DNA of 64,000 nt from Kondoa subrosea (Eukaryota), in contig BCIN01000006.1 in NCBI GenBank assembly GCA_039545335.1, positions 930,001-994,000 on the forward strand, given 5' to 3'. The notes beneath the pieces are model-generated. The model saw nothing but the letters and a program-made list of their open reading frames with translations, was not told where the DNA came from and made no database searches. The position numbers were made by a program, and so were the translations under genes. Below, in pieces: positions 53,139 through 64,000 of this stretch (the stretch's first letter is position 1; each line of letters starts with the position of its first letter).

Positions 53139-54349
53139 CTATGCACAATCAGTCTCTAAATTCCTAGCCTTGGACGTAAAGAAAGGTTCCAGCCTCTCCA
53201 ACACCTCGCTCTTGGAACATTTGAGTAATCCAATCCACATCTTCGCAAATTCTCTCGCTCCTTCTTCCGTCACTCCGATCCACCCATCTATCCCATGATG
53301 CCATTTAGCAGTCTTTTCATACCCTAATCGTTTGTACATTGATTCAGTCGCGGAATACATATCCAATAATGTTGCGTTGAAGGATTGAGCGAGAAGAGGG
53401 TCGTCAACTTTCGGACAAAGCCAAGCGACATCTTGTAAGTATCGATCTGAAGGTAAGGGTTCGTTTTTTGACCAGGAATTGACATGAACTGCAGTAGATA
53501 AGATTGGAGTAGCTGATTTGGATAAAGTGGTATTGAGCATTTGAGTCATGTAGCTACACCACAAACCAGCAAGTGAACACTTGGAGTTATCAAAGGGTAG
53601 ATTTACTGGCTTACTATCTATATGTATGGACTGTTTCGTTCTCGACTTGGACAGTAGCTGAAATGTCCGCATTGCCATAAGTCCGACCGACGTAATAAGT
53701 GTCCCAAGGGTCTCCTTCATCGTAAGCCCTAATGAGACTCTCAGCCAATTCATTCGGCATATCCAAAACGAAAGCTTACCCGAAAGCGAAGACTACAAGA
53801 TCTTGAGGACGAAGATGCCATGCTAAACGATCCCAATGACCTTGTGTAATGAAAGTCCTTGAGGTAGCTGCAGATACTGCGTGATTGCGGATTGGTAGAG
53901 TCAAGTATTCGTGCAGATATTCGCCAAAGCTGCATTTGGTAATTTCAGCTTGTTCACTTTGCTTTCAACAAAAGAGGGCTTACCCGTGAGATAGATCCGC
54001 AGCTAGTCTAAAGTAAGTATCATTGCAGAAGATTACATAGGCAACTTACGATGGACTCCGCCATGAGCGATTGCTGCAACAAGAAATCAGCATTCTTGGA
54101 AAGTAGAAATTACTTAAGCAAAGTACCTTCATCTCCAGCAAGGTAGAGAATAGGTGTATCAACTGAGGAATAGGATTGTATGAAAGAAGGTGAAGAGAAA
54201 GAGTGTGCAAGCCGCCTTGAAGCTGAGAACCACAGTTTGGCATTCGCTTGCAAGGCAATCCAACGAAAGATCAAATACAGGAAACCACCGAAGCCGAAGC
54301 TGAGGAGGTGCAGCTTGAGAGCATTGCTGCTGCTGCTAGTACGCGTCAT
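53139..54349 (-). CDS. CE12/rhamnogalacturonan acetylesterase-like SGNH-fold protein, predicted catalytically inactive
   Basis: Spliced ILYLAGDEAIAHGG, GFGEYLHEYL, NHAVSAATSRTF, DLVVFAFGAYD, ETVHTY, SATPILS, MYKRLG and EEGAREFA are collinear with RGAE blocks; N-terminal hydrophobic anchor. Confidence 0.75.
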
Positions 54350-54419
54350 GGGACACGGCCGTCCATGGTCAAGAAATGTCTGGAAAACACAAAAAGGAGG
54401 TTGGAGTCAGACAAGCGAT

Positions 54420-56852
54420 ATGCCGCCGAAGGCATCTACAAGCAAGAGTGCTGCTGCACCTGTTGTTGTCAAGAAAGACGAGGAAGAGCAGGAAACCTGT
54501 GCCATTCTATTGGCTGACCCATTTGAAGCTGCTTTACATTTTGGTCCATTGGTGCAAGGCAACAATGAGGATGACTTTGCAACAGAGGCCAAGGAAGAAG
54601 ACTCAAGCACGCTACCTTACTGCTTGCAACCTGTTTTAAATACTCCCCTGCTGGCTTATTCATTGGATGCACTGCAGGCTGTCAATATTGACAAAATATA
54701 CATCTACCTGCGGCATGGCTTAGAACAAGTCAAGACGTATCTAGCAACCCATCATACTCAGACCAGCTCAAGTATTATCTTGAAATCTACTCTGAGTCAT
54801 TCTCAAGGCGATATCATGCAAGAAGTAGATGCCTTACAGCTAAAGACCAATTTTCTTCTTCTCCGTATCGGTTACATCGGCAATCTGGATCTTTCGCAAG
54901 CATTAACACGGTTTGCAGAAAAACGAAGTAAAGATCCTAGGTTGATCATGGATTGTCTGGTCTCTCCAGCTTCTGCTTCCGCTGCTTCATCAACAAACTC
55001 TTTACATGTTCTTAAAGCGGATCATGGATTGCTTCATTACGAATCTGGGCCTACATATCCAAAGAAGAAAAGGCTACGATTACCTCGCGAAGTTCTAGAG
55101 AATGAAAATGGAGTGCCAATTATGATCAGAACTGATCTAATACCAGTGGGAGTGGAAGTATGCAGTCCAGATGTATGACTTGCTGTCTACAAGTCCTCGA
55201 CTGTCCTTTGATAAGTTTAATTAGGTTCCACCACTCTTCACCGAGAATTTCGATTACGAATCTATACGACCTCACTTCATCAACGGTATCCTTACATCAG
55301 ATCTGCTAGGCAAGACTATTTCCTGCTCGATCATTGGCAGTACGCCTTCTGCAGCAAGTTCCGATCGAGTGAGAGAATGGGCATCTTTCGTGCACGATAG
55401 CTTTAGCTTAGCAGCAACTAGGTAAGTTAAATGTATGGTTCCTGCGATTGCCTTTCGGTATTTGACGCCCTTAATGTACAGTCAAGCTTTGGTAGCTAGA
55501 AAATGTTATCCCGTTGCACCAGACGAGCATATCCCAGGTCAACCAGTCAATAAAGCAAAACGGTATCAATTGAGATCGAACAGAGCATACATAGGTCAGA
55601 AGGTTGATTTAGCAAGGTATTCTATTTGTCAGCCATTGCCCTTGGAGCTCACATATTATTTGACAGAACATCTAAAATCTCAAACTCTCTAATTGGTCAT
55701 GCTTCCTCCGTCGGGTCAGGAACCAATATTTCTTCCTCCAGTCTAGGTCCTTCTTGCAGGATTGGCGATCATTGCACTATTATCAATTCATACTTTTCAG
55801 CTCACGTGGAAATCGCTTCTAATTCCATCATACGCGATTGTATTATCGGTGCAGATGTGCAGATTGGCAAAGGAGCTAAGTTGAGCGCGAATTGTTTGCT
55901 TGGATCTGGTGTAATCTTGGGCGAGGGAGCGGAATTGGAGGGAACTGTTTTATCGACCGAGGAATGGAATGGTGAAACGCCAGATGATTGGCAGGCAGGT
56001 CCGGCACATACCTCTCTACTTTACACTATGGGATAACCTGACTTGTTTATAGATGCTTTGCCGCAAGAATCAACAGCTTATGTTTGGCCCGATGCTTTAT
56101 CTCTCATGCGAATGGAAGGCGATGAAGATTTGGATCAACGTAATATCGAACTGTCTCAACTCGGTAGACAACTCAATACGGTTCCTTTATCACCAGCATC
56201 ATCCGTTTCTTCCCTTTCTCGATCTTCTTCCTCTTCTTCTTTAGCTGCTTCTGTATCAACAGCTACCTCAGAGCCACCTCCAGTCCTCAACCTCTCTTCC
56301 CTCAATATCGACGAACAATACACCGAAGCTGCATTCGCCAAAGAAGCTCGAGCTTCACTTGCTCGAGCATTGGATGAAGAACATACAGTCGATAACGCAG
56401 CTATAGAATTAAAAACTCTTCGAATGGCTTCAAACGTTTCGTTAGGTGAAGTAAGGGAAGTAGTTATCCAGTTCCTTTGCTCGCGTTTTGAGAAATCTTG
56501 TTCGCCTCAAATACCTGCTAGAGAACGAGTCAAGGGAATGAGTGAGCTGATTGAAAGATGGGGTGGATTATTGGAGAGGTTAGGCCAAATGGGTGAAGAA
56601 GATATGGTTGCTTCAATCCTGATTCTGCAGAAGTGGTGCGCGGAAGAAGAGGACAGAATCAAGCGGTTTCCTTTATGGCTCAAAGTTTTCTACGAAGAGG
56701 ATGTGGTCGATGGAGATGCTGTCATTGAGTGGTGGAAAGTGAGCGGAACTGAAGGTGCCGGTGGAGATCTGGGCAGGAAAGCTAGGGATTTGGCTATGCC
56801 TCTTGTCAAAGCGCTAGCAGAAGAGAGCAGTGAAGAAGAGGAGAGTGAATGA
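54420..56852 (+). CDS. GCD6: Translation initiation factor eIF2B epsilon subunit
   Basis: AILLAD, PLLAYSLDAL, VPPLFTENFDY, NGILTSDLLGKTI, hexapeptide LbH repeats, DNAAIELKTLRMASN and W2 domain FYEEDVV. Confidence 0.93.
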
Positions 56853-57029
56853 AATTCGTGACCTCTTTACTGCCCCACAAGCGTCTCGTTAACATCAAAA
56901 CGAAACAAGTGAAACCGTGGCAACGGGAATGTGAATTAAGGGTGAAATTGATGAGAACCGATGGCATTTCCGGCGGAACGAAACATCATATAGTCTATTT
57001 TACTTTTTACATCCTGTCCGATCTACAAT

Positions 57030-60000
57030 CTAAGTGAAATGCGGCGCATTGAGCTAGAAAAATATTAGTCTGGAGTCGACGATAGCAGCAGATGACCGTA
57101 CGAAGATTGCCATCACGCAGTATCCAGCAATCATGGCACATGGGACGGTGATGACCCACTGTGCAAGGTCAGGTGAGTTGAGACCTTCACAGATGATTGC
57201 GTACTCACACCAGCAACGATCCATGCCAATCCCTTCCAATTGAATGTTCGAAGATCACCGTTGCAAAGGGCTGTATGGTCATCATGAAGATGAGCGAATG
57301 CGACGACGGCTATTGAAGCCTACGCACCAACTCCCAATGTAGCACCGGTAATACTTCGGGCAGCTATGAGCCTTTGTTGCGAAAATGACAGCAAAGATAA
57401 CTTACCACATCGTAGTAGAAACTGTTACAAGCATATGTAAGCAGCTGAAAGAAGAGGAAGAGATTAAACTCACCAGGGATAGCGTATTGAGATGCAAGAA
57501 TGACAGTGATGGCTGCGCCAAGTTCCATAGAGAAGCCTCGGGAAGGAGAATGCCTGTGGCACGAGCAGGTCAGTGGAAAGCGGAATGAAAGAAACAATTG
57601 ACAAACATCGTAAGCTTGTTGCCAAGAACTCTCATGATGTTGTATCCGTAAGTAGCTAGACCAATGACCTGGAAAAATTGTTAGCAAATGTGTCGTGTAT
57701 CCCGATTTCAAAGATTACTCACAATGGCGCTTGCACCGAAGACCAAGATCCAGACAGGAACACCTGCATTCTTGCCGACGGGGGCGCCAGTGTTCCACGC
57801 TTGATATATAGCAGAGTATGGTGCAATAGCGTTAGATACGTCGTTGGCGCCGTGTGCGAAAGATGCAGTGCATGCAGTCAAAACCTGAAACGCAAAAAAT
57901 CAGATGAATAGAAGGCGCACAGAAGGATTGCGCTTACTTGCAAGAAGGAGTAGACGTGTTCTGTTTCATTGGGGTACTGCTTAGCGCGATCATGCATTTC
58001 CTTCATTTTAGCGGCATCTAAGAGAAGTTCAGCATCATTCTGAGTAAAGCGAGGTATGAAATTAACCTTTGCCTGCCATCTGCATGGTGTGGACATCGAC
58101 GCTTGATCCGTGAGAGATAGCCTTCCAAACGAATGGAACAGCTCTATATCGGGCAATGATGTAAAGATTCTTTGGCAAAATCCAAGCTCCCTCAATTTGT
58201 GGCCCTTCATATTTGGCAAGATTGCTGTGGGCGGGTGTAGTAGTAGCAGGAGCAATATCCTCGCCAGAACGTTTCTCGAGGTCTGAATCACTTGATGAGA
58301 TAGTTTTGGTGTTTCCGGCTGACATAATGTGTTAGAGGATTAAGAGGAAAAGGAAGAGTATGACTGACCAGAGTCCTTGCCAGCCATGAGGTGAGGTACA
58401 TCAGAGCTGTCATGGGTATCGATGCGGTAGTCGGGCACAGCAGATTGAGCTCCAATAGATCCAGCATCAGCGGGCGGCTGATAAGTGTGTCAGGTAGGGA
58501 GCGGACGGTAGCGAAGAGTGAGACTTACTGTACGTGTCCAGAGAAGCGGGCCCATGAAAAAGTGCCAGAAGCGGATTGCTATTGAACCTTTTCTTAGTAT
58601 AGACTAACTAAAGATGCGGGCAATACTGACTGTAATCATGCTTGATGGACTTCTGGCGGACGTAAGGAACCCAGAAGATGACTGAAAGGGCAGAAATAAC
58701 AGCAGCGGTTCCGCAAATGGCAGCCGCGATACTGAATAAAACATGAGGTCCTGGGTGGCAGAGCAGAGGCAAAGCTCACGTAGACTGGGACAGATCGTCC
58801 AGGCCGAGAGATGGACTTCCTTTGTATACGACAACTGTATATGATAGCGGAACAGGTTAGTCCGATCAAGCAACTTGACTGAACTTGGACTAACCCATAG
58901 TGAGAACAGAAGTTGCCAAGAAGAAGAAGATAGCTGCGAGTCGTTGATTAATAAAGAGAAGAGTAGCCAGGTGATGTACTTACGTCCAGTCCACAAAGCC
59001 CATTGAGCGCTGTTCTTTCTTGCCAAAACACCAAATTTGATCAAGAGGTAGACGGTAGCTCCAAAACCAGCAGCAAGAGCAGGAGCTATTCCGAATCCAG
59101 CAAAGATGGTCGCTAGACCGCTTCCATTGTTCCAGCCTGTATAAGAAGAGGTCAGAGGAATTGGTATAACAAGCATAACAGACTGACCCCATTGAACAGC
59201 ATCGAAGCCGGCTGTAGCAATTCCAACACCGGCAAGCGCAGATACGATCGAGTAAGTAGTAGATACGGGGAATGACATGTCTGTTGCGTGCATAAGCCCT
59301 CGTAAGCTCGAGATTGCACAAGAAGAACGCACAGGTGCAGAAGGTAAGCCAGCAAGAACTGGCCACTAGAGCGCTGAAGAAGGCCAACCTGAATAGAGAC
59401 AGATTCAACTCATAAGTGGGAGGGAGAACAACCACGACTCACATCTGGACACCAGCATTGCCTTGGAAAATAGTTCTGTATCGCAAGACCAACATTTTTT
59501 AGCGGTAGTTAGATATCGACAGCTTCTCGAATACTGACAAGGGAATGATACCTAAAAGCTCGCGACATTAGCGGCTGCTCGCTTAATTCGAGCACTGCTT
59601 ACCATTCTTGATGGTACCAGCTACACGAGCACCGACGAGAACGGCCCTACAACTGAGTGTCAGATTATTGGCCGCATTAAAGGAAGGAGCAGCTGACCCA
59701 AGGAATTCCATGACAGCGGCTGCCAGACAGGCTTGACGGAGAGTCAAAGACTTGGATGAGACTGAGGTAGCGAAACTGTTTGCTACATCGTCTGTAGACG
59801 GAGAGAAGAGTATGCGTAAGCAAACAATGAGGCGACGGGAAGATCTTGTACTTACTTGCACCGATATCTGATGACGGACAAAGACAGGTCAGGCATCAGC
59901 GAACGGGAAAGTAAAGCTCTTGTAAACTGACTATATGCGTCTAAGAAAGCGAAGCATGTGCCCAGAGCAAAGATGTAGCTATCGATACAGACACTTCTGA

Positions 60001-60059
60001 GTACTGGCGAAGCAATTGGAAAGACAAGAAGCATACTTGTACTGAGTCAATCGGGGCAT
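57030..60059 (-). CDS. PHO89: Na+/phosphate symporter (PiT/PHO4 family)
   Basis: NIGANDVANSFATSVSSK, EFLGAVLVG, PVSTTYSI, FAHGANDVSNAIAP, SPSRGFSMELGAA, PVSTT and C-terminal NAPHF; many short exons. Confidence 0.93.
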
Positions 60060-60507
60060 CTTGAATTTAAGATGCTTGAGCTTGGGGATCAGGGATGAGT
60101 GAGGAGAAGAAGAAGTTCATTATACTTTCGCTAGATAGCAGAGCGAACGTGTTCGAAAAAAGTGCTTCGACTTTGTATTGCTTGGCATTTATCATATCTC
60201 GGGTCGGTAAAAAGGATTCGGGAGGGAATTTCACGCATGATACAGAGCGACAGACTCAGAACGTTCTCTTGTCCCTTCTCGTCAGGTGGGGCATCCCATG
60301 CATAACAGAAAGAAGATCCTCAACAGAAAGAGCGAAGTCATGAACATCAAGCGCTTTTGTGCATGAAGGAGAAGCTTGTGCTCTCTCAGAGTATACACGA
60401 GCCGCAGCCACCCAATATACCGTGTTTCGCATAGCAGTGAAACGGAACATAAGTTTGAATGAGGACTCTTCTGAAGCCTTTGACCGAGAACAAGCAATAA
60501 AGCCACA

Positions 60508-61842
60508 ATGAAAAGACCAGCAGGCCTAAGTAGCTCCAGTAGGGCAGCGAAGAAGCCCAGGGTAGAAGAGGAGCAGCCTGTACAAGCAGTAGAGCAAATT
60601 CAACTCGAGTCGACTGGTACAGTTGTGGACGATCTGCTGTATTTGAAGACACAAGCGACAGAGGCATCATCAGATGTACAGGAAGCGTTGGACTACTGCA
60701 GAGGCATCGTGCATGAAAGCGACAGATTGCTTAGAGGTCAAGAAACGAGTGCGAGTGAAATTTCTTCGAGCTCGGATTGGGCGAAAGTGAGAGCTACGCA
60801 AGGTTGGGCTTTGTATCGCCTTGGTGTACAGCTGGATATGGACGAGAAATTGCGGAAAGCTGAAGAACAAGAAATTTCCACGCAAGACTGGTTTGGTCAA
60901 GCATATCAGCAGTACACGCTGGCTTTCTCTTTAGCAGAAGAAGATCTTTCCCTTTCTGTTCATCTAGAACAAGCTATTCTCTGTCTTCACCTTTGTTCAA
61001 TTCTTTCGAAATCGCAATCGATGACTTTACCTTCCGGCGAAAGTCGTGCTGCAGCAGATTACTGCACAGACACCATCGTCCGTTTGATAAAATGTATGTC
61101 ATTGTATACTACTGTGAATTCGAATTGCGACGCCATACATCTCCCTTCCTACCTGGATACTATTGGCGAAAGTCTACCTTTACTAGAAGATATGGAATTA
61201 GAACACATGGCAAAGATCGCTCCTCATATCTCGCATTTCCTCTTACTGCTCAACCAAGACATTCGGCAACCTTCAGGCGGTCAAGAATCCCTTCAGAGTT
61301 TATCGGAACTAAGAGGAGATGTAGCTCTTACTTGTGCATCACGATATGCCGAAGCAGTAGAAGAGCTAGCGGAAGAGTTGCCGAAGTCCGGGCAGTCTCA
61401 AGATGGTACAGCAGCACAAAAGCTAGATGAATCGGACGCAAGAGATAAAGATTGGCGAGTAATAGACGGAAGAAAGGCCGCCAACGAAGGTAGGAGAAAC
61501 TCAACTTGGTGTGCTGTAAATTTTACTGACATTTGCCTCGAGCAGCCTTGGACTATTTTAATTTCTGTGCTTCAAGTCATACTAAGAGTCTAGTCGATTT
61601 GCCAGATGAAGTGGCAGGAGCAGGGACTACTCAGGCACAAAGAATCTCTGCAAAGGTTAGTGTAGTATCTCAAATTCATACCTGCATGGTCTGATGCCTA
61701 ACTGTTGATTTAGCTTGCTGAAACTTACTTACTATTGTCAACATTAACCGAAGCTGGACCGGTAAAGGACATGTATCTGGACAAGGCAAGAGCTCAAGGG
61801 CTAGATGATCTGCTAGAGGATGAGGAAGAGGAGGATGCCTAG
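60508..61842 (+). CDS. ETT1: Ett1/Nro1-like nuclear helical-repeat protein
   Basis: N-terminal MKRPAGL...KKPRVE (NLS-like) and RGIVHESDRLLR match the remembered Ett1/Nro1 signature GIVHECDRLLR; C-terminal LAETLLTIVTL. Confidence 0.65.
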
Positions 61843-61986
61843 TATCGATTGGCTGAAATGGATATTGCCGCTCTGGTATACTTTTGGTTGATGCGAACCT
61901 TACCGTCCACGTATATACTGGATTACCATATATGGCACAATTGCATCTACATTTCTATGCTTTCTCAGCTACATGAGCATCACTAT

Positions 61987-63171
61987 TTAGCCAGCAAATT
62001 CATGCTTGACGACTCCCTTGACGCCCAAGTCCTTCAAGTCAATCGCAAAGACTTGTCCACCTAAATCACCTGCTAATTGTTCGCCAGGTTGGAGTGCTTC
62101 CGTGGCAGTCGTAATGTATAACGTTGTCAAATCTTTTCCGCCAAAGACTGGACAAGTACTAGAAAGGAATAAACTATCAGGTGAACGCAGATGATCGAAT
62201 GAGTGTTTTGACGCACGGGCATCGTGCTGGTAATTGGATAGTCAAATCATTGACACCTTCAGGTGTGAAGCGCTCAATTATCGAGCGAGAGAAAGAAGCT
62301 TGATAGACATTGCCATCGGTACTATCTTGTCATGAGGTACGGTAGAGGAGGTTAATCAAAGCACTTACTCAGTCGTAGCTCCATCCGGATTTCCTTCACC
62401 CAGAAGAGAACCAAGTACACCTGGAGGGGATCGTTTCGAATTATCGAAAAAGACCCTTCTATTGCTCAGCGTCGCCGTCTCAACATCATAGTCATAGACA
62501 TCTGTCAAGTGATTCAATGCACGGTCACGGATCAAGGTCGAAAAGCCAGACTCACATCCAATCATCGCTTCAGTATGGTTGAAATACATTCTTTTCCCAT
62601 CCGGAGAGAAAGTTGGACCATTCCCAATACTGAATTCCTCCCCTTCGATTTGTCTATGTCCTTTCCCATCTTCATAGACAAACAATCTTGCATCCTTTTT
62701 CCCATCTTTACTCATTGTCTGAAACCAAAACCTTCCTTTCGAATCACAAGTAGCATCATTCATCCTCATCTTCTCATTATCTAAAACAGTAAACAGTTCT
62801 TCTACTTGGCCATTTTCTTCCGATAGATACCCCACTCCTTGATGTGTTGAAACAATATAACTTCCTGGTTTATTTCGTCGGAAAGCGAGTGAGGTGACAT
62901 AGCGAGAACCTTTGATTGATATTTCACGACGAGAGACGAAAGATCCATCAGAACCAAGTTGCACGATGTATAGTATTGAGACAGGTGAGGCTTCTATATC
63001 CAAATAATGAAGCGTATTATCGCTAGGTCCTAGATAAAAGTTGATCAGACGGTCATGAAGAGAAGAGAAGAGGATAGAGAGAGATTTACGGTAGAGAATC
63101 CCTTCACCTAGAACCATCCGAGGTTCATGTTTCGAGAAAGCCTCAGTAACTTTGAGGATTTGAGGAGCCAT
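61987..63171 (-). CDS. SMP-30/gluconolactonase/regucalcin family protein
   Basis: LGEG, RMNDATCDSKGRFW, IGNGPTFSPDGKRMY, YDYD, PDG, TCPVFGGKDLTTLYITTA and HEFAG. Confidence 0.9.
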
Positions 63172-63422
63172 TCTGCGATAGCGCGCAGTGAAGAGGACAG
63201 AAGAATAAGAATGGGAGAAACGAAGCGAAGGAAACAAGGATAGTCTCAATGTGCGTCGGACTCTGAGCGGATTCAGCACTGGAGAAGAAATAGGGGAATA
63301 CAGCACGGCAGACGCTGTATATTGCAAGAGAGTCAGTGAAGTCTGCATATCGCTCAGGCAGGAATGACCTGCCTTGCTTTGCTTATGACGCTTGTTGTCA
63401 GTTGACCTTGTTCAACCAAGAT

Positions 63423-64000
63423 ATGAGCGAAGAAGCGGATGTCACGCTTGCTGCCTTGCTCCGAAAGTCTATAGACGCGGCCACAACTATTCTGGATACC
63501 TCAAACTACGAGCAACCTCAGTTACAGCAAGTATTGGCTCATTTCACACTTTGCGCTTCTTTGGTCTCGCATTTGGCTATCATCTCCCCTAATGAAACGT
63601 TGGATGATTTGGCAACAAGCACGCTGTATTGCTTGCTTATACCTTATTTTCAAGCAGCCTTGACATTGCAAGTTCGGTCAACGGGGACTGTCGAACGGAT
63701 GGCTTTGTTGAAGCAAGCCAAGGTTGGTCTATTCTGCTATACAGATTTCTTCCTGGAGCTCATCTTCTTTCACATTTTGCTAGACATTCTATGATGTATA
63801 CATCGAATCGCTAAGAAAGCATGAAGTTCTTCGCGATCAACCTGCACTTCCTTCTATCCCCACAGATCCAGCTTCGAGACGAGCAAGTAAGATAGCGGCT
63901 TTCCGACGAGAGAAAGAACTACAAGCCGCTGTTCAATCTTATTCAACAAAACGATCATCAGTATCTGTCAATGCAGGGGAAGAAGGAGAAGATGATGATA
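63423..64000 (+). CDS. TAP42: Tap42/alpha4 PP2A-associated protein, 5' part (runs off the window)
   Basis: LAIISPNETLDDLATSTLYCLLIPY, ERMALLKQAK and DPASRRASKIAAFRREKEL. Confidence 0.88.

Noticed and set aside
54180..54419. 80-aa upstream extension of the GCD6 ORF
   Set aside because: It is mostly the antisense of the neighbouring gene's first exon; MPPK at 54420 is the plausible start

Overview
Gene-dense, intron-rich fungal genomic DNA. Introns are mostly about 45-65 nt with degenerate GTNNGT donors and CTRAY-like branch points; the protein families suggest a basidiomycete, and I cannot fix the lineage further. About 29 protein-coding genes were reconstructed by hand-splicing. Housekeeping genes: CHO1, UPF1, SPC24, YPT6/RAB6, PRP45, GCD6, PHO89, ETT1/Nro1, TAP42 (partial), an epoxide hydrolase, a GT31 glycosyltransferase, a ferric reductase and an SMP-30 lactonase. 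Accessory genes: three F-box-like proteins, a MYND protein, a GPI-anchored CFEM protein, a CsbD-like stress protein and two pairs of duplicated Cys-rich secreted proteins. No rRNA, tRNA, transposon or CRISPR element was recognised. Main observations: (1) an inverted paralog pair of secreted, probably Kex2-processed proteins with an Asp-rich Cys module and a conserved, strongly cationic C-terminal peptide; (2) a tandem pair of 10-Cys small secreted proteins with one hypervariable module; (3) a membrane-anchored CE12/SGNH esterase homolog that has lost its catalytic residues; (4) a vWA paralog with a destroyed MIDAS motif about 20 kb from an intact vWA gene with a prion-like N-terminus; (5) a probable 2-nt microexon needed to place a heme-ligating His in the ferric reductase. 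All exon structures are manual predictions without RNA evidence.
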